The notes below the pieces were generated by a model. It searched no databases and was not told the origin of the DNA. It saw only the letters and a program-made list of their open reading frames with translations. From a virus: DNA of 64,000 bases. Where the stretch lies: positions 123,494 to 187,493 of IMG/VR virus record IMGVR_UViG_3300020442_000006; one strand, given 5' to 3'. Positions 26,439 through 35,998 of this stretch are shown here, piece after piece. The translations under genes were made by a program, and so were the position numbers. The stretch's first letter is position 1, and the number at the start of each line of letters is the position of its first letter.

Positions 26439-27286
26439 GAGCAGTTGCTCTATCTCTATTGTCAACACCACTACGTGCAGAGACTGTTGGTGGTGTATCT
26501 GCTACTGCAGCGCCCATCGCAAATAGCAGTGGCTCAGTGACTAATCAGGCAATTCAGGTGTTACAAGGACCATATATTACCAACACTTATGGTAATGGTA
26601 TTCAGTGTCAAGGTAGTACACTTAACATAACACCATTTGTCACTGGTAGTGCATCTGGACAAAAACCTTGGGAAGATCAGTGGTGGGATAATGTATATGA
26701 TATGCGAGATCTAAATGACGATGGAGCACCAGACAATCCTGGGTCTGTGTTATATCAAGTTCCCGTAAGGACAGGACAGAAAGATACATATAACCTATCT
26801 CTTGGTGTAAGTGCTACGTGGTCTATTCCACTTGACAAGAAAGCACAAGATCAATGTAAGAGAGCAGCGACTACACAGAATGATATGCAGAGACAACTAA
26901 TTGCTAACAAGCGATTAGATTTTGAGATCGCGAGACTCAAGAATTGTGGAGAATTGATGAAGGCAGGAATTATGTTCAAACCTGGGTCGAAATATTATGC
27001 TGTATGCTCCGATGTATTGGTTATGAATGTGAATCATATACCACAACATAACCACTTACTTCAACAGTTGCCTACCTCTTCTTCATCTTCCGAAGTTCTC
27101 GAAGTGCCCGAGTCCTCATCCTCTGGTGATCTTGACGGTCCCGAAGTGACTGAAGTTTCGGAACCCGTCCAAACGCAATCCCAATCTTCTGAACCGTCTT
27201 CTTCACAGCAGGTTTCACCACTTTCAGAAGAAGATCGGCAAGCGGTTTTGCGAGCAGTGCAGAGGTGGCAGCAACTGCGGCGATAG
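26267..27286 (+). CDS. Secreted protein with Cys residues and an acidic tail (start uncertain)
   Basis: Signal-like KRNRHYKYLPTVGAVALSLLSTPLRA|ETVGG; mature VSATAAPIANSSGSVTNQAIQ. Confidence 0.7.
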   Translation: MDRIKRKSKTKLDTEQCGSGIPVHRNLFRTWFAKSNNYSESDGGYKRNRHYKYLPTVGAVALSLLSTPLRAETVGGVSATAAPIANSSGSVTNQAIQVLQGPYITNTYGNGIQCQGSTLNITPFVTGSASGQKPWEDQWWDNVYDMRDLNDDGAPDNPGSVLYQVPVRTGQKDTYNLSLGVSATWSIPLDKKAQDQCKRAATTQNDMQRQLIANKRLDFEIARLKNCGELMKAGIMFKPGSKYYAVCSDVLVMNVNHIPQHNHLLQQLPTSSSSSEVLEVPESSSSGDLDGPEVTEVSEPVQTQSQSSEPSSSQQVSPLSEEDRQAVLRAVQRWQQLRR

Positions 27287-27839
27287 ATCCTGTAGTAACT
27301 ACTAACCCTGCTGAAGGGATGTTTTCTACAATCTGTTGTTGAAGATTAAGTTTCTCTGTTACTTCAATACATTCTTTGCCTACGAGTTCGTAAGCAACAA
27401 TCTTTTTATTACCCTCTAGGATCTTTCCTATGGGGTTTTTTAATTCTTGTGCCCTAGTAGGACATTTTGGAATCTCTGTCTTAGGGATTTTTGTCTCAGG
27501 AACATTTAATTCTGGTTTCTGATTCTCAAACTTAGGTGGTTCTACTGGTGGTCCAGAGAGTGTCAACCCTTCAGGACTATAGTCAAGAGGATTGAACGAA
27601 GGAGTTGATGCATCACAATACACCCTCGTTCCTTTAGGGTCATCCTCTGTGAGGTTTTTATTCTTACCATCATCTGCTTCGTGTGCCTCTACACATCCAG
27701 GGATGTTGATGATAGGCACACCAACCTGTGTAGTAACAGGAGGGTAGATCGGTATTGCCTGTGGTGGATTGTTTAACCAGTCAAACGTCCTAATGGGAGG
27801 TATGTCTAGGTTTCTCACACCGATCTCAGGGATTTCCAT
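27072..27839 (-). CDS. Pro-rich protein with a C-terminal TM segment and basic tail
   Basis: PIINIPGCVEAH..YCD..CPT..EC; ATSALLAKPLADLLLKVVKP. Confidence 0.75.
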   Translation of the reverse strand: MEIPEIGVRNLDIPPIRTFDWLNNPPQAIPIYPPVTTQVGVPIINIPGCVEAHEADDGKNKNLTEDDPKGTRVYCDASTPSFNPLDYSPEGLTLSGPPVEPPKFENQKPELNVPETKIPKTEIPKCPTRAQELKNPIGKILEGNKKIVAYELVGKECIEVTEKLNLQQQIVENIPSAGLVVTTGSIAAVAATSALLAKPLADLLLKVVKPAVKKTVQKIGIAFGRVPKLQSLRDRQDHQRMRTRALRELRKMKKR

Positions 27840-27841
27840 AA

Positions 27842-28393
27842 TTACTCAAGCATTTCTTCTTCGCAATCTGCTAATTGTTGTGCGATTTCTCCACCGATGT
27901 CACCACCTTTGTTACCTGCAAAGAGAGCAACACCACCTGCTAGGACTGGACCTACAAATGGGATACCTGATAAAGCGGGAGCAGCAGCAGTTCCGATACT
28001 AGCGCCGATCACTGCACCTGTCTGTTCTCCACCACCTGCCGCCTTGATACACTCGATCTTTTTGGCAGTTAGGACCGACTTTCCCACAGCACCTCCACCC
28101 GTATGGCGAGCACCATCCATTGTGTACTGGTTCTCTTTTCTGATTGTAGATTCACCACCGATACCAAAGAATCCGTTGGTCTTATCAATGAACGTATTCT
28201 CTGCCATCACCTTTGGATCGTTACCTTTGTAGGTTATGCGATACCCATCCTTCTTAACCTCAGCACTGTAGGAACTATAAGGACCTACAGGTGGGTTAAG
28301 AGTTGGAAGAGTTGATTTGTTCGCTATGATACCGATCATTCCTAGATGTGAAATACCTAAGATAACACCTGCACTAGCGTAAAACCATTTCAT
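27842..28393 (-). CDS. Membrane protein with a glycine zipper
   Basis: N-terminal TM segment; GAVIGASIGTAAAPALSGIPFVGPVLAG..GGDIG. Confidence 0.75.
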   Translation of the reverse strand: MKWFYASAGVILGISHLGMIGIIANKSTLPTLNPPVGPYSSYSAEVKKDGYRITYKGNDPKVMAENTFIDKTNGFFGIGGESTIRKENQYTMDGARHTGGGAVGKSVLTAKKIECIKAAGGGEQTGAVIGASIGTAAAPALSGIPFVGPVLAGGVALFAGNKGGDIGGEIAQQLADCEEEMLE

Positions 28394-28644
28394 TTTCCTA
28401 GAGGATTAGAGGGAGCGGGTAGACCAACAGGAGGAATAGCAGGACCACCGATGTTAGGGATCTTAGAATCAACAAGACCAGGGACCATACTGCCCACTGC
28501 TTCAGCGACAAAACCTGCAAGTCTTTCTCTTGATCTTTCTGCAAGTGCTTCTCTATTCACCCAAGTGTAAACACTTACACCAGTGATAGTACCTGCAAAA
28601 ACAAAGTTGAACACAACGAATGTGTTAATTACTTTTTGGAACAT
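28390..28644 (-). CDS. Small membrane protein
   Basis: N-terminal TM segment, Pro-rich tail. Confidence 0.7.
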   Translation of the reverse strand: MFQKVINTFVVFNFVFAGTITGVSVYTWVNREALAERSRERLAGFVAEAVGSMVPGLVDSKIPNIGGPAIPPVGLPAPSNPLGK

Positions 28645-28646
28645 AA

Positions 28647-29090
28647 TTACATCTCATACTTTTTAGGGTCAGTTTCGGTTGTTATTTTCAAAGGTGCTTG
28701 TTCGACACGGATGATCTGTGCAGGAGCAGTTTGTGATGCTGCCTGAATCAATCTTTCCATATCTGCCTTTGTGATGCCCCCACCGTTCGGAGCATCTTTC
28801 CCATTACCATTGTTCTTCTTGGCGGTCTGGACCCCGAAAGTCGCTAAAACCCCAGTGAAGACGCTGGCTATGAAAGTTGGATCGAGATCCTGTTCGGGAA
28901 AGTTGAGTGCCTTTGGCAAGTCAACGTACGCTAAAGTGAGGATACCACCAGACCATACAAGAATACCAAGTCTCACGAAAGTAGATAGAATCGCGAGTTG
29001 TTCTTCCTTATCTTCTGATGCCTCCTTCAAGCGACCAAAGAAACCTTTGGGTTTCTCCTCAGGTTGAGGTTTTTTCTTTTCCTCTGCCAT
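28647..29090 (-). CDS. Two-TM membrane protein
   Basis: FVRLGILVWSGGILTL; DPTFIASVFTGVLATFGV. Confidence 0.75.
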   Translation of the reverse strand: MAEEKKKPQPEEKPKGFFGRLKEASEDKEEQLAILSTFVRLGILVWSGGILTLAYVDLPKALNFPEQDLDPTFIASVFTGVLATFGVQTAKKNNGNGKDAPNGGGITKADMERLIQAASQTAPAQIIRVEQAPLKITTETDPKKYEM

Positions 29091-29121
29091 AGGTACTACT
29101 TTTGGAACTAACTATATATAT

Positions 29122-29544
29122 CTACTCAGCGACCGTACGTTTCTTCCCGATATTATATTTCGACTCTAGGATCCACTCACCCTTGTCCTTGTAAGAGATA
29201 ACCTTGATCTGGTTTAGTGGTGCAAGTTCACCGATCTCTTCTTCAACAATATCTACAAGTCCCCAATCGGATAGTAGTTTAGTAATTCTGTTGCGACGTT
29301 CTACGTCATTAGAAGTTAAGTTCGCGTGCTTTCCATCCAACGCAAACAACTCCTTAAAATGTACAATATAATACTTACCCTTCTTATGAAGAATATGACA
29401 ACTCTGAAATAATTTCTTTTCCTTTCTTGATGCTACACCGATTCTAGTAAGTGTCTCTCTGACTTTCAAGAAGTCGTCAGGTTGTTTGAGACTAACCTCA
29501 ACCATCATATCGGGGGACCAAGAAATCTCGATCTCACCTGCCAT
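29122..29544 (-). CDS. regA: Translational repressor RegA
   Basis: DDFLKVRETLTRIGVA, QSCHILHK, YIVHFKELF. Confidence 0.97.
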   Translation of the reverse strand: MAGEIEISWSPDMMVEVSLKQPDDFLKVRETLTRIGVASRKEKKLFQSCHILHKKGKYYIVHFKELFALDGKHANLTSNDVERRNRITKLLSDWGLVDIVEEEIGELAPLNQIKVISYKDKGEWILESKYNIGKKRTVAE

Positions 29545-29944
29545 TGGTTTTACCTCCAGTATTCATTTTTAATTTAATCAATTCAATCTGATCCTTAGTC
29601 AGAATCCTAAGTGCATCCCGTGCTTTTTCATCTGAATACTTGAAGTATTTTTTGATGAGGTCAAGGTTTTCAATCTTGTCCTTACGTTGCCAGGGAGAGA
29701 AACGACGTTTCTTTCTCAGACTATTTAGATAAAATGAATATTGAAGATCGTTATCAAGTTGGTGAAACTCATTGAGAGCATTGGCATATAGAACTGTCTC
29801 TTTGAATCCGCTAAAACATTTGTTGACGATGAATGGAGGATACTTCTTCATCCAATCATCACCACGCTCACGAAGATCCTCTTTAGTATGGTTAATACTA
29901 TTGAGGTAATCAGTTAAAGGGTAGTCCTTGTGGTGCTTTGACAT
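29534..29944 (-). CDS. g62: Clamp loader small subunit (gp62)
   Basis: YLNSIN..YPPFIVN..RKKRRFSPW..YFKYSDEKA. Confidence 0.93.
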   Translation of the reverse strand: MSKHHKDYPLTDYLNSINHTKEDLRERGDDWMKKYPPFIVNKCFSGFKETVLYANALNEFHQLDNDLQYSFYLNSLRKKRRFSPWQRKDKIENLDLIKKYFKYSDEKARDALRILTKDQIELIKLKMNTGGKTNGR

Positions 29945-30749
29945 AGTTCGTGATGAGAAGTTCTTTACGTTTAGATTGTTCTTTGTTGTAGTTGCCTGTA
30001 GATCTCATTGTATATGTGAGATCCCATTCTGTTTGATTATAACCTGTAAACAGACCACGAGTGTTCTCGTTTGAGTTGTACGTGATCATCCAGTTACAGG
30101 TGGACTCATCACATACACGTGCGAAACGTTTGTGATCGAATCCTTTGTGCATAGAACCCTTGGTTCCATACAGAAAATCTTTGATGTCGTAAGGAGGATC
30201 TAGGAAACAGAATACATCCCTATCATCAGTCATCAATTCTTCATAGTCATTGTTAGTGATCTCCCAATGCTCAATGATCTGACCATAGTGTGCTAGTTTC
30301 TTGATACCTTTCTTACTGAAGTTTGATACTGATGCCTGCTTAGAAAATGAACTGTTCTCTGTCAGTCCAGAGAATGAACACTTATTAAGAATGTAAAAGT
30401 AAACTGCTTGTTGATACTCAGGTACCTTGTCGATGTCCTCTCTACATTTGAGGAATAGATCTTTCGCTTTCTCTTCTGTATCGTGAGCATTCTTGATACC
30501 CATCAGAGTATCACTCAAATCATATCCACGATCTTGTAGTACAACCCAGAAGTTATACAGATAATAATAAGTATCATTCACCCATACAGGTGTGTCTGGA
30601 TTGCACTTAGAGAAATGAATTGCCATAGAACCACCACCGAGGAATGGTTCACGAAACTCTTTGATATGGTCAGGAAACTTAGGATACAGTTTTGCAGCAG
30701 CACGTGACTTACCACCAGGATAACGCAGCGGTGTTTTGTACGATTTCAT
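29910..30749 (-). CDS. dam: DNA adenine methyltransferase (D12 class)
   Basis: LRYPGGKS, EPFLGGGS, FLDPPY. Confidence 0.93.
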   Translation of the reverse strand: MKSYKTPLRYPGGKSRAAAKLYPKFPDHIKEFREPFLGGGSMAIHFSKCNPDTPVWVNDTYYYLYNFWVVLQDRGYDLSDTLMGIKNAHDTEEKAKDLFLKCREDIDKVPEYQQAVYFYILNKCSFSGLTENSSFSKQASVSNFSKKGIKKLAHYGQIIEHWEITNNDYEELMTDDRDVFCFLDPPYDIKDFLYGTKGSMHKGFDHKRFARVCDESTCNWMITYNSNENTRGLFTGYNQTEWDLTYTMRSTGNYNKEQSKRKELLITNYVKAPQGLPFN

Positions 30750-30750
30750 A

Positions 30751-30921
30751 CTACTGGGTGACATCATATTCAATAGTAATTACTTTAGAAGACCGTCCGT
30801 TGGATTCAACTCGACGACTTCTAGTCATCTTACCACCGATTCGCTGTGCTGCATACTCTAGATCTGCAAGGATTTCCTTTTCAAGATCTTCGTATGGATC
30901 ATAAAACCTGTCAACTTTCAT
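30751..30921 (-). CDS. Small hypothetical protein, 56 aa
   Basis: Translated by hand: MKVDRFYDPYEDLEKEILADLEYAAQRIGGKMTRSRRVESNGRSSKVITIEYDVTQ. Confidence 0.65.
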   Translation of the reverse strand: MKVDRFYDPYEDLEKEILADLEYAAQRIGGKMTRSRRVESNGRSSKVITIEYDVTQ

Positions 30922-31561
30922 CTGGGTTTGGTTGCATAATAGGATCGTCTTTGATCAACTTGATGTTGGTCATATTTTGACCGTAAGGACCGAAGTTAAT
31001 AGGACCTGTAGGTAGTGCATTGAATGCAATGTTTGCACGGTATTCATCACCCACGTGCGGTGTTGAGAAGTGAATTAACCAACTCGGCCAGACCACCAGT
31101 GTCCCTGGACGCCACTCAGGGGCGCTACAAGCGTTCTTATACGCTGATGAGACTACTTCCATCTGATTGAAGGAACGGACCCAACAGGGGTCCTGGAACT
31201 GCGTAGGGTGTCCTGCAGTAAGATTGAAGACACCTGACCAGTATGACAGAGGGTGTCTGTGTGGTTGATGCATCCCTTCAGAGTGTGGCATCGATACGTT
31301 GCCCCACATCATAGAGACCTCAAACTTCCCCCACATCTCAAACTCTTGATCAACCTTAATCTCTTCCAGACATTCTTCAATCCAATCTGTAAGTGGTTGA
31401 AATGAAGGAAGGTTTTGAAGGTTACCTTTAGTAGACTGTACAGGATGTGGAAAGTTAAACATACCACGTTCAATAGGATCAAGAGCATCCAAGATAGGAT
31501 CTACAAGATCAGGTCTTTCAAAGGTAAAGATCTCAACAGGAAAGATGTGGTGCTTTTTCAT
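30911..31561 (-). CDS. 2OG-Fe(II) oxygenase-like protein (TIGR02466-like)
   Basis: HQPHRHP, WSGVF, VWPSWLIH, R.NIAFN. Confidence 0.8.
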   Translation of the reverse strand: MKKHHIFPVEIFTFERPDLVDPILDALDPIERGMFNFPHPVQSTKGNLQNLPSFQPLTDWIEECLEEIKVDQEFEMWGKFEVSMMWGNVSMPHSEGMHQPHRHPLSYWSGVFNLTAGHPTQFQDPCWVRSFNQMEVVSSAYKNACSAPEWRPGTLVVWPSWLIHFSTPHVGDEYRANIAFNALPTGPINFGPYGQNMTNIKLIKDDPIMQPNPDES

Positions 31562-31641
31562 TTCTTGAACACTCCGAGTCTAGCGAAAAGATAGACTGTA
31601 AGTGTTGTCCAAAAAACAATTTCTAATCCAATGTGATTCAT
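31558..31641 (-). CDS. 27-aa membrane peptide
   Basis: Translated by hand: MNHIGLEIVFWTTLTVYLFARLGVFKK; ATGA overlaps at both ends. Confidence 0.55.
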   Translation of the reverse strand: MNHIGLEIVFWTTLTVYLFARLGVFKK

Positions 31642-32225
31642 TTTCTCCAAGCGAACATAGAATCATACGTTGCCATATGACTGTTAATTTCATTTATATC
31701 TCTGAACTCTGCTACAGCAACATTCACTGCTTCAGCGTTGTAATCGTGACCGATGCATAGACCACCCTTTTTAATTTTAGGATACCAATCATTCAGTTCA
31801 CGTTTTACTTGTTCGTAATCCAACCAAGCATCAAAGAAAATAAAGTCGAATGTCTCATCGTCACACCTTTCATAAAGGGTATCTGTATTACCCTTCCAAA
31901 GTTCAGAACGTTCAGAGCAACCAGACCATTTGATATGGTGCTTAGCGATCCATTCGTGTGTCTCCATCTGTGCAGGAGAGGTAGAGTTCAAAGGACCATC
32001 ACCGTTAGGATTCATATAATCCGTGTATGGTTCCCAGTTATCAATACCATACAACTTCTTCACGTTAGGACAGTTCTGCAAAATAGTCAGGTGACTTTCT
32101 GCACGAAAGACTCCAAGTTCTAGACCAATAAGATCTTTACCGTGGAGTCCGATCAACAGGATTGCTGATCTAATATCTGTCAGAGCATCTACAAAGTTGT
32201 ACTCTTTTGGATAACGAAGTTTCAT
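31638..32225 (-). CDS. Class I SAM-dependent methyltransferase (Methyltransf_24-like)
   Basis: LELGVFRAES, GID.W, FDFIFFDA..DY, GGLCIGHDY. Confidence 0.85.
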   Translation of the reverse strand: MKLRYPKEYNFVDALTDIRSAILLIGLHGKDLIGLELGVFRAESHLTILQNCPNVKKLYGIDNWEPYTDYMNPNGDGPLNSTSPAQMETHEWIAKHHIKWSGCSERSELWKGNTDTLYERCDDETFDFIFFDAWLDYEQVKRELNDWYPKIKKGGLCIGHDYNAEAVNVAVAEFRDINEINSHMATYDSMFAWRK

Positions 32226-33163
32226 TTGAACTGGCACCTCATCATAAGTTCAGTAAGGAAAGCAACCAAGTTAATCTCTTGGTCAGCAACAAATGCTGCC
32301 TTGTATTGATACTCACCTATCAGTAGGACTGCCTCAGGAATAGACTGAGGTTGAAAGTGTGTGTAGAGACTGTCGTAAACATTCCTAATGATCTGTGTAG
32401 GTTCATTGTCCAGATTCTGAACAACCCACTTCTTCATCTTAGTAAACTCTTTCTCCTTGAGAAACTTTACTAGGTCGTCAAGTTTAGTATCAGATACAGC
32501 AGCAAGAACACCAGTGTCAATCTTACCAATGGAAGAATAACGTTGGAGTTCATTGAGAGTCCTCCTAAAGTCAGGGAAATATTTTTGTACTAGCGCCGCC
32601 AGAACGCGAGGTTCTGAAGTGACCTTGTTTTCGTCAAGGATGGACTGGATGCGCTTGAAAAACTCTGCTGCGAGTTGTTGCTTTTCTTTTCCTGTGATGG
32701 AGAAGTCAACAACTGAGCAGCGAGAATGGAGGGGTGCGATGATTTTGTTTTTGTAGTTGCAAGTGAAGATGAATCTACAGTTGCCACTAAACTCTTCAAT
32801 GCTTGCCCGTAGGAGGAGTTGAACATCAGGGGTTGTGTTATCTGCCTCGTCAATGATGATGACTTTGTGTTTAGCAGTTGCAGTAAGCGATACGGTCGAA
32901 GCGAAATTCTTCGCATTGTTTCTGACTGTATCGAGAAACCTTCCTTCGTCTGATCCGTTGATGACATAATAGTCTGCCTCTAACTGTTCGCACAATGCTT
33001 TTGCTACTGTTGTCTTGCCAATACCAGGAGGTCCAGACAGCAGCAGATTGGGAATCTCACCCTTCTCCACAAATTTGTTTAGTACACTCTTGATATTCTC
33101 AGGCAGGATGCAATCGTCAATCTTACGAGGACGATATTGTTCACACCAAAGAAAATCACTCAT
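32222..33163 (-). CDS. g44: Clamp loader large subunit (gp44)
   Basis: QYRP, GPPGIGKT, IIDEAD, LHSRC, DFRRTLNELQ. Confidence 0.97.
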   Translation of the reverse strand: MSDFLWCEQYRPRKIDDCILPENIKSVLNKFVEKGEIPNLLLSGPPGIGKTTVAKALCEQLEADYYVINGSDEGRFLDTVRNNAKNFASTVSLTATAKHKVIIIDEADNTTPDVQLLLRASIEEFSGNCRFIFTCNYKNKIIAPLHSRCSVVDFSITGKEKQQLAAEFFKRIQSILDENKVTSEPRVLAALVQKYFPDFRRTLNELQRYSSIGKIDTGVLAAVSDTKLDDLVKFLKEKEFTKMKKWVVQNLDNEPTQIIRNVYDSLYTHFQPQSIPEAVLLIGEYQYKAAFVADQEINLVAFLTELMMRCQFK

Positions 33164-33732
33164 AATGAAATAGTATCTCCAGAGAGATGTAGATTAAATG
33201 AAAAGATAATCTTATCCTCATATGCACGATGTGGTTGTGACTGGTGGATAAGATAGGATGGGAAGAAAATTATATCACCTTCCCTACATTCTGGTTCAAT
33301 CGATTCGATTTGTCCAGACCACGGATCAATCAACGGTGAGAAGAATGATGTGGGTTTGTGTGCTCTGCCCAGTTGAGCATAGAACACAGCGGAGTATCCA
33401 ACTGCACCGTGATTGTGTGCAGCGTGACAGGTGTTAGCGGGATACTTTTGGCACCACGCATTAGACACAAATGCTCCTGGGTTCATACTAGCAAACTCTT
33501 GAAGCGGTTCGTGCAAGATTGTCATCAATTCTTCATAGTATTCTGGGTTGCGTCCTTGAGCATAATACTTGTGGAAATCGCTATACCCACCATTGAGATA
33601 ATCATCTTGCATCAAATCCTGACACTCTGGATCGTTCCAGTTAATCTTGTTCAAGAAATACATCTTGATAGTTTCCCAGTCACGAACTGAGTGGATATAA
33701 ACTGGAACTTTGAAGAGGTCAGTTTGCTTCAT
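33160..33732 (-). CDS. 2OG-Fe(II) oxygenase-like protein (TIGR02466-like)
   Basis: HAAHNH, YSAVFY, FFPSYLIH, IFSFN. Confidence 0.8.
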   Translation of the reverse strand: MKQTDLFKVPVYIHSVRDWETIKMYFLNKINWNDPECQDLMQDDYLNGGYSDFHKYYAQGRNPEYYEELMTILHEPLQEFASMNPGAFVSNAWCQKYPANTCHAAHNHGAVGYSAVFYAQLGRAHKPTSFFSPLIDPWSGQIESIEPECREGDIIFFPSYLIHQSQPHRAYEDKIIFSFNLHLSGDTISL

Positions 33733-34412
33733 TTGCCTTTGGGTTCTAGAGCGATGTAGTATTCAAGCGGTGTGCCAGTAGATTGGAAGTGTCCGATCTT
33801 GTTCTTAGCAATACGAACTTTGTAATCACCTGGGAGGAGTCTGAGGTTCTCAACCTTGAAACAATAACAGAACTCATCGTCAGGATCTTTGAGAGTACCT
33901 ACAGGAACACTGAATGTGTTGCTAGTCTCGTTCTTCTTGTCGCATACCATCAGGTTAATGTTCCCACCACCATTGTACAGACATAGATCAGGCACTTGGT
34001 AGACGGAAGCAGCACGGAGAAGGTCAGCAAGAGTATCAGTACGAAGATTAAATTCAACATCTACCCCAGGGATGTCCAGTTCCTTGGACGGAGGTTTCGT
34101 GATGATGTCAGGGTCCGAGTAGTAATACTGCGTCCTCGCTTGGTGGATCTCGTCTTTGATCTCAAGTTTCTGAGGGTCACTGAAGTCAAAAATTGGACTC
34201 TCAAACAACGAGAGACCAGAGAGGAACAGACCCAAGTCATAAATCGGGACCTGCTGAGGGAACTTTTCAGCAACTTCGACAGAAGCATAAATGTTGCGGT
34301 TGACAGAGATCGTACGGATTCTACTGCCAGGATCGATAACGATCGACTTATTGATAGTAGCAAAGTTTTTGAGGATTGATTGAGTTTTTTTAGAGATCTT
34401 GACTGTGCTCAT
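33729..34412 (-). CDS. g45: Sliding clamp (gp45)
   Basis: ILKNFATINKS, IYDLGLFL, FKVENLRLLPGDY, YYIALE. Confidence 0.95.
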   Translation of the reverse strand: MSTVKISKKTQSILKNFATINKSIVIDPGSRIRTISVNRNIYASVEVAEKFPQQVPIYDLGLFLSGLSLFESPIFDFSDPQKLEIKDEIHQARTQYYYSDPDIITKPPSKELDIPGVDVEFNLRTDTLADLLRAASVYQVPDLCLYNGGGNINLMVCDKKNETSNTFSVPVGTLKDPDDEFCYCFKVENLRLLPGDYKVRIAKNKIGHFQSTGTPLEYYIALEPKGK

Positions 34413-34702
34413 TGAGGATACTGTTCAGTGATTTTTTCTTTTTGGGAGAAGTGATATAGAAGGACTGCGTAATGCATCACCTTGAGGAGATCCATTTTAG
34501 AGGATCCCTTCTTATCATAACGAGAGGCATACTTAAGGATGTTGCTCCTACAGAATGCCTCGGCATCACCACACGCTTCAATTAGATCAAGTGTTTGAAT
34601 CTGATCATTGCCTGCTGAATAGTGACCTTGATATGTTCCTGAGATGTAGTCTTTCAAAGTGGTGATAGTTTCACCTTCTTCATACTTAAACGACATAACC
34701 AT
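34409..34702 (-). CDS. DUF3310-like protein
   Basis: TY.GHY, IQTLDLI, FCRSNILKYASRY.KKG, DLLK..HY. Confidence 0.8.
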   Translation of the reverse strand: MVMSFKYEEGETITTLKDYISGTYQGHYSAGNDQIQTLDLIEACGDAEAFCRSNILKYASRYDKKGSSKMDLLKVMHYAVLLYHFSQKEKITEQYPQ

Positions 34703-34850
34703 ACTGTTCGCGTAGAATTTTTTTGTAAGGTTTACCCAATGCTCTTAGTTCAGTAACAAGTTTGAGTTTGTTGTGAAGAGCGGTGTCGCCACCCAGTTTA
34801 AGGGCAGCGACAACAGTGAGGAGTTCCTCATCATTAATTGGGAGGTCCAT
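34686..34850 (-). CDS. Small hypothetical protein, 54 aa
   Basis: Translated by hand: MDLPINDEELLTVVAALKLGGDTALHNKLKLVTELRALGKPYKKILREQYGYVV. Confidence 0.65.
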   Translation of the reverse strand: MDLPINDEELLTVVAALKLGGDTALHNKLKLVTELRALGKPYKKILREQYGYVV

Positions 34851-34876
34851 AGAATACCTTTAGTTTAACAGATTGA

Positions 34877-35968
34877 TCACCCCAAGTCAACATCAGTACC
34901 ACTTAGAGGTACAACTTTGTCACCTTCGGGTGCGAAGTCCGCGTCAATCTTATCATAGAGTTCAAAGAATGCTTGCTTAGTTTCCTCATCGAAACGATTG
35001 ATGGAGAACTTGATAGCATCTTCCTTGGAACCGAAGATATTGAATGCCTTGGCAATGTGAACCAAACGACGAGTAGAGATCAACTCATCGATACCACCCT
35101 CAGCAAAAGTCCTGCGGATGATGGATGCCCAGTCAGCAAGACGCTTGCAGAAGTCAGCATCATCACAGATACCTTTAAGGATTTTAGTTTCAGTAACTAC
35201 AGATGGGTAGTCCTGTTCGAGGGTAATAGCAAAACGCTCTAGGAATGCTTCATTGAGAACATTGGTTCCAACAAAGCGACCGTCATCGCTGCCTTTACCT
35301 TTAGTATTTGCAGTTGCAATAACATTGAATCCAGGGGCGGGTTTTACATAGCGACCAATCTTCTTAAGGAATACACCTTTGCCTTCAAGGACAGACTGGA
35401 GACAGAGAATCTTGTTTGATGCAAGGTCTACTTCGTCTAGAAGCAGCACAGTTCCTTTCTCCAGAGCATCGATGACTGGTCCATTGTGCCAGACAGTATT
35501 ACCATCAACAAGACGAAACCCACCAATAAGATCATCTTCGTCGGTTTCAATCGTGATGTTAACGCGAATCAACTCCCTATTTAGAGAAGCACACGCTTGC
35601 TCGACACCAAGTGTCTTACCATTTCCTGACAATCCTTGGATGTAGGTAGGGTAGAACGCTTTGCTTTTGATAACTTTTTTGATTGTGCTGTAGTTACCGA
35701 AAGGAACGTAGTTAGGATCTGATGCAGGAACAAGAGATACTGATGGAGCAACTGATGCCTCGAACTGCTTACGTGCTTCAGCAACTGTGAGTTGCCATTT
35801 GTTGTATCCAGTTTTGTACTGCTTCATACGCTTCTTGACAGTAGCAAGAGAGCATCCGAAGTGATCAGAAGCAGAGAGAAGGTTAGGAACAGAAACTTCT
35901 GGTCCGAAGTTCTCTACAAGATAGTTGAAGAAGTCTTCGGTTGTGTAAGGGATGGGATCGAAAGGCAT
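34877..35968 (-). CDS. MoxR/CobS-like AAA+ ATPase
   Basis: GLSGNGKT, LLLDEVD, ATANTKGKG, NVLNEAFLERF, ISTRRL. Confidence 0.92.
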   Translation of the reverse strand: MPFDPIPYTTEDFFNYLVENFGPEVSVPNLLSASDHFGCSLATVKKRMKQYKTGYNKWQLTVAEARKQFEASVAPSVSLVPASDPNYVPFGNYSTIKKVIKSKAFYPTYIQGLSGNGKTLGVEQACASLNRELIRVNITIETDEDDLIGGFRLVDGNTVWHNGPVIDALEKGTVLLLDEVDLASNKILCLQSVLEGKGVFLKKIGRYVKPAPGFNVIATANTKGKGSDDGRFVGTNVLNEAFLERFAITLEQDYPSVVTETKILKGICDDADFCKRLADWASIIRRTFAEGGIDELISTRRLVHIAKAFNIFGSKEDAIKFSINRFDEETKQAFFELYDKIDADFAPEGDKVVPLSGTDVDLG

Positions 35969-35998
35969 TTGTTTTAGTGTGTTTGTTTGTATGAATTA

